Below the pieces are notes generated by a model. That model was not told where the DNA came from. It saw only the letters and a list, made by a program, of their open reading frames with translations, and searched no databases. This document shows, one piece after another, positions 37,681-48,124 of a DNA stretch of 64,000 nucleotides; within the stretch, counting starts at the first letter, position 1, and each line of letters starts with the position of its first letter. This DNA is from Candidatus Hadarchaeota archaeon (GTDB taxonomy: Archaea > Hadarchaeota > Hadarchaeia > Hadarchaeales > JAWBSP01). The position numbers and the translations under genes were made by a program. The stretch covers positions 12,923 through 76,922 of the forward strand of contig CAYYWO010000004.1 of assembly GCA_964474885.1 (NCBI GenBank). Reading direction: 5' to 3'.

Positions 37681-38547
37681 TTAAATAAAGGCTTTTGGCT
37701 TCCTAACCAGCACCCATCCCTTACCCACCGCGCACCGCTCAAAACCAACTTCCCTGAGCCTTCTGATGACGCCTGAGAGCACTCGCTTCCTCCGGGACCT
37801 GCCCGGCTCGCCCACGTAGTGGTATAACCGTCCCCTCGGTTTCAGCAGCCTAAAAAGTTGCCTATAAAAACCTAAAGAATACAGCTCGCCTGCCAGCGCG
37901 AACCTAGGAGGATCGTTCAGGATGACATCAAAAGCTTCCTCATCCAGCTGGTAAACGACCTCCGCCGCATCCCCCAGCACTATCGAAATGTTAGCCGAGC
38001 ACAGCTCACGAGACCAAGGGTTCTCCTCAGCCATCTCCAGCACATTCCTATCTACCTCGATCGTCAAGACCTCCCCGCCGCGCTTCATGGACCAGATGGC
38101 GGTGTAACCCAGACCCGTACCCACATCGAGAACCCGCGTACCATCCCTGACCCCGGCTTTGCCCACCTTGTCCGCCGCATCCCTCCAGGGATCCACATCC
38201 TTCACGCGATGCATGTGGATCCCTGAGATCTCGAGTGTGGGGGCTCCTTGACCCACATCCACTAGCTTGTAGAACTTGCCATTAGCAAAGCAACAAGCTT
38301 TCCTCAGTAGGTTCCCCTCAAGGATCCACACCTCTCCTGGTTTTATCTCAGGTAGGGCATGAAAGTTCAAAGCCCCGGCAGGTAGCTTGACCGTGCTCCC
38401 CTCGAGCTTCACCCTGATCGTTGACAACTCAAGGTCAAAACTGACTTCGGCCTCCCCTTTCCCCTCGGTTATCGCACGCTTTAACTTCTCCCAGGTTCTC
38501 CTCGTGAAGAGCAGGTGCCCCTTCGGGTTGAAGCTGTAGAATCTCAC
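37681..38547 (-). CDS. class I SAM-dependent methyltransferase
   Basis: VLDVGTGLGYTAIW motif I and NDPPRF (DPPY-like); 288 aa. Confidence 0.7.
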   Translation of the reverse strand: MRFYSFNPKGHLLFTRRTWEKLKRAITEGKGEAEVSFDLELSTIRVKLEGSTVKLPAGALNFHALPEIKPGEVWILEGNLLRKACCFANGKFYKLVDVGQGAPTLEISGIHMHRVKDVDPWRDAADKVGKAGVRDGTRVLDVGTGLGYTAIWSMKRGGEVLTIEVDRNVLEMAEENPWSRELCSANISIVLGDAAEVVYQLDEEAFDVILNDPPRFALAGELYSLGFYRQLFRLLKPRGRLYHYVGEPGRSRRKRVLSGVIRRLREVGFERCAVGKGWVLVRKPKAFI

Positions 38548-39608
38548 TGCAGCTTTTGCCTCAGGGCTTCTAGGAGTGCCTCCAGGTTGGCCCCGTACTT
38601 GGCGGAAATTGGGACTACACTGTAGGGGCTGTGATTGAGGAACACGATCCTCCGCTGGAGGTCCGCGGGACTGAGGAGGTCTGTCTTGTTCAGGGCTATT
38701 AGCATCCGCTCATGCCCCTCGAGTATCTCTAAGGCGCTTTTCATCTTCCGGCAGAGCTCGTGGATGGGGTCCGACCCGTCCAGTACCAGGACGACCAGGT
38801 CTGAGAGCTCGATCTCCTCCAGGGTGGCCTTGAAGGCTTCAATCATCCAGGGGGGCAGGTCCTCGATGAATCCAACGGTGTCGGTCAGCAGAACGTTCGG
38901 GAGCCCCCTGACCCTTCTTGTCCGCGTGGTGAGGGTCGTGAACATCATGTCGTCCACTTCTGCTTCCCCTTCCGTCAGGGCATTCAGGAGGGTTGACTTC
39001 CCGGCGTTGGTGTAACCCGCTAGGGTAACGAGCTTGAAGCCCCTCCGCTTCCGGAGCTTTCGCTTGAGGCCCCTGCTCTCGGCTATCTTGACCAGTTTTC
39101 TGCGGAGATGCTGCAGCCTGTGCTTTATGGTGTCATAGTGAACCTGCACCTCATACTCGCCCCCACCCCTCCACCCGGGCTGCTCGGCCGAGAGCTGGCG
39201 CCTAACCCTCTCCCGAACCCTAGGAAGCTCGTACTTCAACCTCGCGTACTCAACCTGCACCTTCGCCTCAGGCGTCCCGGCACGCATGGCGAAGATGTCT
39301 AGAATCAACTGGAACCTATCCAGCACCTCAACACCGAACAATTTGGAAAGTCTGAAGGCCTGCGAGGGGGAGAGCGGGTTCCCGAAGATGACCCTCTCAG
39401 CTCCAAGTTCCTTTACCTTTCTGGAGATCTCCTCGGCTTTACCCCTCCCGATACAGTAGGCTGGATCGGGGTGTCTGACCTGGGAGAAGGTGCCCACTAT
39501 CTCATAACCCAGGGTCCGTGCCAAAGAAATCATCTCATCCATGCGGGAGGGCTCGCCCGCGGAGCGCCTCTCGACTATGATCGCCCTCACAAAAAAGATT
39601 AAGGGCAC
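38544..39608 (-). CDS. hflX: GTPase HflX
   Basis: HflX N-domain plus G1 GYTNAGKSTLLNALT and G3 DTVGF; 354 aa. Confidence 0.85.
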   Translation of the reverse strand: MPLIFFVRAIIVERRSAGEPSRMDEMISLARTLGYEIVGTFSQVRHPDPAYCIGRGKAEEISRKVKELGAERVIFGNPLSPSQAFRLSKLFGVEVLDRFQLILDIFAMRAGTPEAKVQVEYARLKYELPRVRERVRRQLSAEQPGWRGGGEYEVQVHYDTIKHRLQHLRRKLVKIAESRGLKRKLRKRRGFKLVTLAGYTNAGKSTLLNALTEGEAEVDDMMFTTLTTRTRRVRGLPNVLLTDTVGFIEDLPPWMIEAFKATLEEIELSDLVVLVLDGSDPIHELCRKMKSALEILEGHERMLIALNKTDLLSPADLQRRIVFLNHSPYSVVPISAKYGANLEALLEALRQKLQ

Positions 39609-39623
39609 GCGGCAAATAATCTC

Positions 39624-41351
39624 GTGAGGGTGGCGATCCCTGCAGGACTGCTTGTAGGTCTCTTCCTCGTCCTGTGTGCATCCGGGACGATCCTAGCGAG
39701 AAGCGATTTCTACTACAGGTCCATCGTGGGGCACTTCGAGATAAACGCAGACAAAACGATTTCCACAACCATCCAGTTTGAGCTCGTAAATCCTAGTTAC
39801 ACCCAGTGGCTGACTGGCATAACATGGACGGTGCCCTGTGGGATCTCCGATGTCAGAGCCTGGGACTCTCAAGGAGATTTGCGCGTCTCGACGGAAAACC
39901 TAGGCACGAGCACCAAGATCTCGGTGAAGTTCAGATCAGCGGTCTACGGGAACATGTCCCTCCGTTTCTGGCTGTCCTACAAGATGATGGGAGTGGTGAA
40001 GGGAGGGAAGTTCGAGTACAGGTGCAACCTTGGTGCCATTAGTGCGCAAAGGGAGATCCAAGATTACGAGGTTTGGGTGAAGGGGCCCTCCAGTACTGAG
40101 CTGTTCCTAGCGAGCCCAGAGGCCGAACTCGAGGATGGCTGGCTAAAGCTCCGGACTTCACTTCAGCAGGGGGAGGCATGCGAGGGGCTGACCGCAGTCT
40201 ACTTCTCGACTCCTGCCTTCTACACCGTAACCCTAACCGAAAAGATCCAGAACCAGAGTTCAAAGGAAACAACTGTGATGTTCCACTTTCTCCTCTTCAA
40301 CAACTCCCAAGGACAATTCGCCGCTCTCTACAATTGCTCGCACCCTATCAGGTCACTCTGGATCGACGAGGAGAACAACTGGTACGCCGACGTGAAGCTG
40401 GACCTACCACCCTACAGCCAGACGGTGGTACAGCTCAAGTGCTTCTGGTTCACAGATATATACAAGCCAGAGGTCGATACGAGCAATGCTGGATCCATCA
40501 CTCAAATAAGCGATGAGCTCGCACCCTACCTGAAGGAGCAGGAGTGGTGGGAGGTTAGCTCCCCCCAGATCCAAAGCAAGGCCTGGGAGGTCTCGGCCGG
40601 GGAGACCAACGTATACAGGCTGGCGAAGCGGATCGTTCGGGCTGTCGGGGATTTGTTGACCTACCAGCAGACCCCCGAGAGACAGGGGGCACTCCAAACC
40701 CTGCTCCGGGGGTATGGAGACTGCGATGGATACAGTGACCTCACCATCGCCCTAGCCCGTGCGTCTGGGCTCCCCGCCAGGCTCTGCTTCGGCTGGGCCT
40801 GTCAGGAAAGCGAGTACAAGGGGCACGCCTGGGTGGAGTTTTACTCCCCTACCCTAGGCTGGCTGCCCTCCGACCCCACCTGGGCCGAGGAATGGGGGAA
40901 CTACTTGTTCTGTTCCGACCCCTCCCACCTGCTGAGGGGAATAAGAGGGCTGAGCTCCTCGGACTCTTCCGTCAGAATGGAGTACTTCGGCTCGGCGCCT
41001 ACAATTCAGGAGGAAGTGGAAATAACGCCCACAGACAATTCTACCATCTTCGGCCTCGCCCTCCAAGCTTGCTCCCTGTACCTCGGCGTCTGCGAAAACC
41101 TGGTAGGTAGCCAGGATCCCGTCCTACAGGCGGCCAGGAGCCACTACCAGAATGCGCTGGCCCTGGGCTCTCTGCCCGAGGCACTCGACTGCATCCAATG
41201 CTGCGGCACGATCATCTCGCTGCACGGTGAGGAATCCGAGCTCAGCCCAAGATTCCTTCTCCAACTCCCCATTGAGATCAGCCTAGAGCAGCTACTGGTA
41301 ATCCTCCTGATCATTCTTGTGATCGTCACGGTCGTCGCGGTAAGCAGATAA
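39624..41351 (+). CDS. transglutaminase-like cysteine protease family protein, secreted/membrane-anchored
   Basis: N-terminal signal peptide; core YGDCDGYSDLTIALARASGLPARLCFGWA...GHAWVEF (Cys-His); C-terminal hydrophobic anchor LLVILLIILVIVTVVAV. Confidence 0.75.
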   Translation: MRVAIPAGLLVGLFLVLCASGTILARSDFYYRSIVGHFEINADKTISTTIQFELVNPSYTQWLTGITWTVPCGISDVRAWDSQGDLRVSTENLGTSTKISVKFRSAVYGNMSLRFWLSYKMMGVVKGGKFEYRCNLGAISAQREIQDYEVWVKGPSSTELFLASPEAELEDGWLKLRTSLQQGEACEGLTAVYFSTPAFYTVTLTEKIQNQSSKETTVMFHFLLFNNSQGQFAALYNCSHPIRSLWIDEENNWYADVKLDLPPYSQTVVQLKCFWFTDIYKPEVDTSNAGSITQISDELAPYLKEQEWWEVSSPQIQSKAWEVSAGETNVYRLAKRIVRAVGDLLTYQQTPERQGALQTLLRGYGDCDGYSDLTIALARASGLPARLCFGWACQESEYKGHAWVEFYSPTLGWLPSDPTWAEEWGNYLFCSDPSHLLRGIRGLSSSDSSVRMEYFGSAPTIQEEVEITPTDNSTIFGLALQACSLYLGVCENLVGSQDPVLQAARSHYQNALALGSLPEALDCIQCCGTIISLHGEESELSPRFLLQLPIEISLEQLLVILLIILVIVTVVAVSR

Positions 41352-41401
41352 AAGATGTGACCAAAGTAATTAGGCACGGATGATGAACGCCTCAAGAGGA
41401 T

Positions 41402-42049
41402 TCATGACTCTTGATGGGCGACCTGACGTGCCCAACCCATTTCTAGCAGGAATTTTTCCGTCCTGCGGCCCGAGCCCAAAACCCGAAGTAGGTCTGCCGG
41501 CTCATCCATGTCCCACAGGTTCGCCGACTCGTATATCGCAGGTTTCACGCCCGCACGCAGGGCCTCCTCAACGTGCCTAGCGAAGCTCCGCCCTCCGTAG
41601 TGGAGCGGAATTACGCACGGCGGCTGGAGTAGCATGGCTGCCGTCCCCCTCCCTTGAGTCGGTGATATCACTACCGCTCTGTCTCCCGCCCTCCTCCTCA
41701 TCATCTCCTGCAGGTCCCAGGCGGTGAGAAGGGGTATATCCCCCACCAGCAGTAGCACGGACTCAAAGCCCAGCCGGACGGCTTCTCGCCTCCCCAACTC
41801 AAAAGCTTGGCTCACTCCCTTCCCTTCATCTCTTACCCCCATCGCTTCTCTGGATCTCGCCAGGCGCAGAACCGCCTCATCGGGGGAGATCACCATGCAG
41901 GGCAGTGGCGCACTTTCAACCGCCCTCAGCACGTCTTCCAACATACAGAGAACCAGCTTCTTCCTTTCCTCCTCAGGAAAGATGCCAGACATCTTCGATT
42001 TGGCCAGCTTCAAATCCTTCACGGCCACTATCGCCAGCGTCCTACTCAT
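41402..42049 (-). CDS. cofC: 2-phospho-L-lactate guanylyltransferase-like (CofC/MobA-like NTP transferase); start at M25 of the long ORF
   Basis: LAIVAVKDLKLAKSKM...EERKKLVLCMLEDVL N-terminal pattern; about 215 aa; context of cofG/cofH/cofD. Confidence 0.6.
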   Translation of the reverse strand: MSRTLAIVAVKDLKLAKSKMSGIFPEEERKKLVLCMLEDVLRAVESAPLPCMVISPDEAVLRLARSREAMGVRDEGKGVSQAFELGRREAVRLGFESVLLLVGDIPLLTAWDLQEMMRRRAGDRAVVISPTQGRGTAAMLLQPPCVIPLHYGGRSFARHVEEALRAGVKPAIYESANLWDMDEPADLLRVLGSGRRTEKFLLEMGWARQVAHQES

Positions 42050-42075
42050 TGAAAAGCTCAATACACCCGTTGAAA

Positions 42076-43065
42076 ATGATGATGACCGTCGTGACTTTTT
42101 CCCGCAACGTCTTTCTTCCAATCACAAACATGTGCAGGAACAGGTGCGCTTACTGTGGGTTCAGACAGGAACCTCCCTCAGCCTGGTTCATGATACCCGA
42201 GGAGGTGATGCGACTGGCTCAGAGGGGAGTACAGCTCGGGTGCTCGGAGGCTCTCCTCACGCTGGGAGAGAGACCTGAGGTTTACCCGCAGGTTAGACTT
42301 GCACTGAGGAAACTCGGGTTCAGCTCGACTGTCGACTATCTGGAATCCCTGTGTAAGCAGATCCTGAGGCTGGGCCTCCTCCCTCATACCAATGCAGGCT
42401 TGCTGGAGGAAGAAGAACTACGCAGGTTGCGGAGATACAATGCCAGCATGGGGCTGATGCTCGAGTGTGCCTCCCCTCTCTGGGTCCACTCCCAGAGCCC
42501 CGGGAAAGATCCCCAGCTCAGGTTGAAAGTCATCGAAACAGCGGGGAAGCTCAAAATACCCTTCACTACTGGGATCTTAGTGGGAATCGGGGAAACGAGG
42601 AAGGACATTAAGAAGTCCTTAGAGGTTCTCAAGGAGGTCCAGGATACGTATGGGCACATTCAGGAGATAATAATCCAGCCTTTCCAGCCCAAACCTGGAA
42701 CCCCCATGCAAAGTTGTCCTCCCCCGGAACCTGAGAGAGTCCTGTACGCGGTCAAAACCGCTGCCAGGATCTTCCCCAATACCGGCATACAGATCCCACC
42801 AAACCTAGTCCCCGATGTAGTACCTTTTCTCAGAGCGGGTGCGAATGACTTGGGCGGGATCTCTCCCCTCACCCCCGATTTTATAAACCCTGAGCATCCA
42901 TGGCCGAACATCGACCAGCTGAGGATGGAGCTGGAATCGAGAGGTTTCCGCCTGAGGGAGAGGTTGCCGATCTACCCGAAATTTGCCAAGCTAACCGAAT
43001 ACATGTCCCCCGAAGTAAGGCGCGTGGTGGAGGATCTTCGCGATGAGGAGGGGTTCAGGCGTTAG
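42076..43065 (+). CDS. cofG: FO synthase subunit 1 (radical SAM)
   Basis: Radical SAM cluster CRNRCAYCGF. The long ORF from 41905 would overlap cofC, so the probable start is MMMTVV at about 42076. Confidence 0.85.
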   Translation: MMMTVVTFSRNVFLPITNMCRNRCAYCGFRQEPPSAWFMIPEEVMRLAQRGVQLGCSEALLTLGERPEVYPQVRLALRKLGFSSTVDYLESLCKQILRLGLLPHTNAGLLEEEELRRLRRYNASMGLMLECASPLWVHSQSPGKDPQLRLKVIETAGKLKIPFTTGILVGIGETRKDIKKSLEVLKEVQDTYGHIQEIIIQPFQPKPGTPMQSCPPPEPERVLYAVKTAARIFPNTGIQIPPNLVPDVVPFLRAGANDLGGISPLTPDFINPEHPWPNIDQLRMELESRGFRLRERLPIYPKFAKLTEYMSPEVRRVVEDLRDEEGFRR

Positions 43066-44167
43066 GGAGGAGTTCACTTGGGCAGTGGAGAAAGCCCTAG
43101 CATTGGAGAAGTTGGACTTAGAGGAGGCATGGTGCCTCCTCTCGGCCCGGGGAGATGAAATCGAGATTCTCGTCAGGGCTGCGGATGAGCTTAGGAGAGA
43201 GCTAGTGGGTGATTACGTCACCTTTGTCGTGAACAGGAACATAAACTTCACAAATGTCTGCGTAACCGGATGTCACTTCTGTGCATTCGGTGTTCCTCCC
43301 GGTCATAGGTCTGCCTACACTCTCACTCCACAGGAAATCAGAGAGAAGACTAGGGAAGCTGTAGAAAGAGGGGCTACTGAGATCTGCCTGCAGGGAGGGA
43401 TAAATCCGCACCTCACACTCAAGGACTATTTACGGTTCTTAACCTGCATCAAGGAGGTGAACGACCGGATACACATCCACGCGTTCTCTCCCCACGAGGT
43501 GTTCTGCCTAGCCAAGAGGGAGAACCTAAGCGTCAGGAAGCTCCTCCTCGAGCTGAAAGAGCACGGACTGGACTCCATGCCGGGAACCGCTGCTGAGATC
43601 TTGGTCCAGAGGGTCAGGAAGCAGATATGCCCCTCCAAGATATCGGTTGCACAGTGGGTGGAGGTCATCGAAACCGCACATTCCTTGGGCATCCCCACAA
43701 CCTGCACCATGATGTATGGCACCGTTGAAAGCCTCAAAGAGAGAGCACAGCATTTGCTCCTCTTGAGGGACCTCCAGAAGAAAACGGGTGGTTTCACGGA
43801 GCTCGTTCTGCTTCCCTTCGTCTCTGAGAACACTAGGCTGGGCAAGGGGGGGGTCAGGGGCCCCTCTCTCCTGGACAGCCTCCGCACCCACGCCGCAGCG
43901 AGGCTCATCCTCGGCTCTGCGATAAAAAACCTCCAAGCCTCTTGGGTGAAACTCGGGCCTAAAGGCGTAGCCCTCATGCTTCAAGCAGGTGTAAACGATC
44001 TAGGCGGGACCCTGATGGAGGAGAACATAACCAGATCGGCGGGGGGAAAGTGGGGTCAGGAAATGACACCAGAGCAGTTCAAGAAGCTCATCCAGTCCGT
44101 AGGAAGGATACCCGTCCAGAGGACTACCCTGTACGAGCCTGTCGACAGTAGTCCAATATCACCCTAG
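43043..44167 (+). CDS. cofH: FO synthase subunit 2 (radical SAM)
   Basis: CVTGCHFCAF radical SAM motif; 374 aa; overlaps the cofG end. Confidence 0.85.
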   Translation: MRRGSGVREEFTWAVEKALALEKLDLEEAWCLLSARGDEIEILVRAADELRRELVGDYVTFVVNRNINFTNVCVTGCHFCAFGVPPGHRSAYTLTPQEIREKTREAVERGATEICLQGGINPHLTLKDYLRFLTCIKEVNDRIHIHAFSPHEVFCLAKRENLSVRKLLLELKEHGLDSMPGTAAEILVQRVRKQICPSKISVAQWVEVIETAHSLGIPTTCTMMYGTVESLKERAQHLLLLRDLQKKTGGFTELVLLPFVSENTRLGKGGVRGPSLLDSLRTHAAARLILGSAIKNLQASWVKLGPKGVALMLQAGVNDLGGTLMEENITRSAGGKWGQEMTPEQFKKLIQSVGRIPVQRTTLYEPVDSSPISP

Positions 44168-45065
44168 CCAAGCGGATCCTCGACTGAAGATCCGGCATCA
44201 GCAGAGAGGTGAGGTATGCCCTAATGCCCAGCTCTGTTATCCTCCGCACCATTCCCGCGTCAGCCTGATCTACAAAGAGGAGGTGTGCCACATCCCTGTA
44301 TACCTGCGCCACCCCCACAGGGCTCACCTCGAGACCTAGTCCTCGCATCAGAACGCCGGCCGGACCGCTGACCGGTGCATGATCTATTATGGGACTTACC
44401 GCCATCACCCGATGTCTCCTCAGCTTGAGCTCCTCCCTGATCTGGGGGACGGATAAAATGGGACCTATGCTGGTGATGGGATTGCTAGGACCTATCAGAA
44501 TCCAGTCCGCCTCCCTGATGGCCTCCAAGACTCCAGGTGCCGGTCTCGCGTGCTCGCTTCCAATGAACTTCACGCCCTTCACCTCAACTCTCCCTCCCCT
44601 CAGCACCCAGAACTCGTGGAAGCTCAGCTCACCCTCATCAGTCAGGATTCTAGTGGTGACACGATCGTTACTCATAGGCAGGATCTTTACCTTGACACCA
44701 TACTTCTCTCGGAGTTTGTCGGTCGCCTGAGAAAGAGTCATGCCCCTGCGGAGGCAATCTGCCCTGAACCTCTTGTTCGCCCTGTCCTCATCACCTATCT
44801 TGAGGATCTCGCGGTGACCGAGTGCTCTCAATCTATCGTACTCGTGAAAGGTATCACCCCTTATCCCATACCAAGTTTCCTCGTTGATCACTCCAGCGCA
44901 GGTGTAGAGGATGGTATCCAAGTCGGGCGAGACCCACATACCGCCCACCTCGAGATCCTCCCCCGTGTTTCCCACTATTGTCAAATCCGATGGATCAAGC
45001 AGGCGCAGTAACCCTTGGATTAGCTTGGGGGTCCCCGTACCCCCTGACAACACGACCAGCTTCAT
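44124..45065 (-). CDS. cofD: 2-phospho-L-lactate transferase (LPPG:FO transferase)
   Basis: MKLVVLSGGTGTPKLIQGL N-terminus; 313 aa. Confidence 0.85.
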   Translation of the reverse strand: MKLVVLSGGTGTPKLIQGLLRLLDPSDLTIVGNTGEDLEVGGMWVSPDLDTILYTCAGVINEETWYGIRGDTFHEYDRLRALGHREILKIGDEDRANKRFRADCLRRGMTLSQATDKLREKYGVKVKILPMSNDRVTTRILTDEGELSFHEFWVLRGGRVEVKGVKFIGSEHARPAPGVLEAIREADWILIGPSNPITSIGPILSVPQIREELKLRRHRVMAVSPIIDHAPVSGPAGVLMRGLGLEVSPVGVAQVYRDVAHLLFVDQADAGMVRRITELGIRAYLTSLLMPDLQSRIRLARVILDYCRQARTG

Positions 45066-47416
45066 CTAACGATAAAATGATAGCTATTCTCGGATATCAC
45101 ATGTTCGCCCCTTCTCAATTCCAGTTCCAACCTGAGATCGACCGGCTCGGTACAGCTGAAGGAGACCTCATTCGTCTTCACAGCGCAGTCGGGCAGGACC
45201 TCCACCTTGAACGAGCCCTCCCGCAACACTTCCCCCTCGGATTCACCCGGACAGACTGTGACCGGCTTGGAAAAAGTGGGGAAGTTCAGCCAGGGGACAT
45301 ACAACTCCCCGATGATCCAGATCCGGCTCCCTCGGATCACCCTGTTTCTCGTCTTCAGGAGCCTCCAGCGAATCTCACAGTCTCCCAAGGACGTGTGGTA
45401 ATCGTTTATGACCCAGACAGGTAACTTCACCTCCTCTCCCTTTCTGAACACGCTGCGCTCCCAATCTACACAAACGAGAATTGGTGAGAAGGCTTTCCTC
45501 AGTGCATAGTAACCCAACATGGGTTGCCTCTCGTGATCAATCACCCCCCACGCTATAGACGGCCACCAGTTGACGAACTGAAAACTCAAAAGTCCGCCCG
45601 TGGGCTTATACCGCTTGATCCTAAACTGTTCAACATAGTACTTCAGCAGCTCGGCTTGGTAGAGCTGGCTCGCCATCGCAAAATCCTCAAAGGACTTGTA
45701 CTTTTTCCAGCTACCCAAGTACGTGCATAGGATTGAGAGTTGCCCGTCGTGGTACCTCCATTTCTTCCAGTTCGGGGGCCAAGCGTCCTCTACCCATCTC
45801 TTGAAACCGAGGGGAACCGCCTGTGAACCGAACTCGGTCGGAAACGGGTCTTTTCTCTTCCTGACCTTTGTGAAGACATTACCATACCAGCCCAGATAGA
45901 TGTGGGAGTCTCCTTTTCCGCTCGCCTTGTGGACGGGACGCGACCGGTCGATGAAGGTAGCAGTTTTGAACAGTTCGTCATCAAGGCGCTTGTTGCCTAC
46001 TCTGAACCAGATCCAAAGCGGCTCGTTATGACAGCACCAAAGGACGACCGAGGGATGATTGTAGTGCAGGTATATCATCTCGGCTAACATCCGCCTGCAC
46101 TTGTCGATGAATCCTGGATCCGAACGATAGCCCCATTGGAGAGTGAAGTCTTGCCACACCATTATACCTTGTTCATCTAGGACGTCGTAGAGGAGAGGTG
46201 GCTCCACGTGAGCATGTACCCTGATCATGTTCATGTTGGCCTTCTTGAGGAGTTTCACATCTCTCTCGTAGAATTCTCTCGTCACCCTCGACATCCACTC
46301 CGTTGAGATATAGTTCGTGCCCCGGATGAAGATGCGCCTCCCGTTTATGTACCAGTGATATGCGTCTGGACCCCTCCGCTCATCCCCTTTTTCGTCGAGT
46401 TCTCCGCCAAGCCTGACCGTTCGTATCCCAAATCTGTCGGTTCTCTCGTCCCAGCACTCCCCTCTACAAAGTATCTGGCTATGAAGGGTGTAAAGTGCAG
46501 GAGTGCCCAGCTCTGGATGGTCCCAAGGAAACCAGAGCTTTGGGTTTTTCAACTCGAGCTCGACAGAGGTGTGATTCGGCCCCGGGAGCGCCGTTAGCCG
46601 GTAGGTCCAGTTCTTTTCAGCTTCCTTTACCTCGAACATGAGCGACACATCGACCGGGCTTGATCTCCTGTTCGTCAGAAAAACGTCCAAGTTTATTTTC
46701 GCCCTGTCTCCCCTCAGCTCTGGTGTGATGAATACCCAGTCAAAGCGAACAGGACCCGTGACGAGGAGACGCACAGGTCTGTAGATGCCTCCGCTCCCAA
46801 GCGATTGGGAGGTCTTAGCGTCCAGCAAATCTCCCGGTCTACAGTCATGGAAATTCAAGATGCCCTTAACCAGATGCTTGGACGAAAGGAAGTTCATTAG
46901 AAGTCCTCTGCCCCTTATCCCTCTATCATAGGGATCTTGGACTTTTACCGCCAATAAGTTTTCTTCCCTCAGTTTGTCCGTGACGTCAAAATAGAAGGGG
47001 CAAAAATATCCCTCGTGCTCGCCCAGCTTTTCACCGTTGAGCCACACTTCTGCCAAGTAATCCACCCCTTCGAAGAGCAATCTGGCTTCCCCTCTGCCCC
47101 GCCATCTGAATCCCCTTCTGAACCAAACCGGTTCGTGAAAGTTCTGAAGCCCCGGGATATCCACGAAGTTGCTGGGGATCTCCACTTCCTTCCATCCTTC
47201 GTCCGACAATTCTGGCGAGAACCAACCCTCTTTCTCCCCTCGCCCGCTCGGATCTGGCTGGTACTTCCAAATGCCAATCAAATCGATTGACCTGTGGACG
47301 TGCCTACGCACCCTCTGCTTCTTCCCGGGTTTGCACTCCACTTCCTCCGCCTCTGAGAGGGAACTAAAGATAGAATGACGCATGACTGGCACAAATCGGG
47401 GAGTAAGCTCCTTCAC
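45062..47416 (-). CDS. glycoside hydrolase family 2 (beta-galactosidase/beta-mannosidase-like)
   Basis: GH2 sugar-binding N-domain (WLNGEKLGEHEGYFCPFYFDVT) and TIM barrel (IRGTNYI, NMIRVHAH); 784 aa. Confidence 0.8.
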   Translation of the reverse strand: MKELTPRFVPVMRHSIFSSLSEAEEVECKPGKKQRVRRHVHRSIDLIGIWKYQPDPSGRGEKEGWFSPELSDEGWKEVEIPSNFVDIPGLQNFHEPVWFRRGFRWRGRGEARLLFEGVDYLAEVWLNGEKLGEHEGYFCPFYFDVTDKLREENLLAVKVQDPYDRGIRGRGLLMNFLSSKHLVKGILNFHDCRPGDLLDAKTSQSLGSGGIYRPVRLLVTGPVRFDWVFITPELRGDRAKINLDVFLTNRRSSPVDVSLMFEVKEAEKNWTYRLTALPGPNHTSVELELKNPKLWFPWDHPELGTPALYTLHSQILCRGECWDERTDRFGIRTVRLGGELDEKGDERRGPDAYHWYINGRRIFIRGTNYISTEWMSRVTREFYERDVKLLKKANMNMIRVHAHVEPPLLYDVLDEQGIMVWQDFTLQWGYRSDPGFIDKCRRMLAEMIYLHYNHPSVVLWCCHNEPLWIWFRVGNKRLDDELFKTATFIDRSRPVHKASGKGDSHIYLGWYGNVFTKVRKRKDPFPTEFGSQAVPLGFKRWVEDAWPPNWKKWRYHDGQLSILCTYLGSWKKYKSFEDFAMASQLYQAELLKYYVEQFRIKRYKPTGGLLSFQFVNWWPSIAWGVIDHERQPMLGYYALRKAFSPILVCVDWERSVFRKGEEVKLPVWVINDYHTSLGDCEIRWRLLKTRNRVIRGSRIWIIGELYVPWLNFPTFSKPVTVCPGESEGEVLREGSFKVEVLPDCAVKTNEVSFSCTEPVDLRLELELRRGEHVISENSYHFIVR

Positions 47417-47444
47417 AAAATAAAAGAGTCCCTATTATTTTTCA

Positions 47445-47825
47445 CTATCCCAGTGCAGTACCTAAGCAGGCACCGAGGACAAAGTAGCCCGTCACATTGT
47501 ATGCCTCAAGTAGGAAAACCCGTATCACGGCCGCTCGAGGAACGCTTCTAAAGAAATTCCAAGGTCTGCACCCTTTCATCATCAGGAACAGTTCTAGAGA
47601 TCCTCCTAGCGAGAAAGCTATCAGCCAAATCACCAATGTCAGCTTTAACCCAAGAAAGTAACCGCTCGCCGTGCCGATCGGAAAGTACCCCACCCACCTT
47701 TCCAGAAGACCCAATTCCGCATGCCTCATGGGGATCTGGATCCCCCATCTGGAGCGGTAATAGCCTAAAATGCCATCTAAGCGTAAAACATCGACGAGGG
47801 GGAGGAGCCAGAATAGAATTTTCAC
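47445..47825 (-). CDS. hypothetical membrane protein
   Basis: 126 aa, hydrophobic; 4-nt overlap with the next ORF. Confidence 0.4.
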   Translation of the reverse strand: MKILFWLLPLVDVLRLDGILGYYRSRWGIQIPMRHAELGLLERWVGYFPIGTASGYFLGLKLTLVIWLIAFSLGGSLELFLMMKGCRPWNFFRSVPRAAVIRVFLLEAYNVTGYFVLGACLGTALG

Positions 47826-48106
47826 TCTAAGAGTGCTAGGATCAGCAGACCAGTCGGAATAAGAATTCCCACCAGCGCTCCTATCAAGGCTTTGATGTCC
47901 TCAACTACAGCAGTGATACCCCACTTGGAAACCAGTGAAAACATCCCCCAAGTCCCGTCGATGAACAGCAGAATACCGATGACCCCTATGATGAGAGCTA
48001 CCACTCCAATACCTCTCGCCTTTCCTCTTGCCTGCCAAATTATGAAGCCCCCGTCGAATAAGCCAATCAGCCCCAGCAACAGCGTGAACATGGGGAGGAA
48101 CGCCAT
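47822..48106 (-). CDS. hypothetical membrane protein
   Basis: 94 aa, three hydrophobic helices. Confidence 0.4.
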   Translation of the reverse strand: MAFLPMFTLLLGLIGLFDGGFIIWQARGKARGIGVVALIIGVIGILLFIDGTWGMFSLVSKWGITAVVEDIKALIGALVGILIPTGLLILALLE

Positions 48107-48124
48107 CTTTTATCAGCAACCCCT

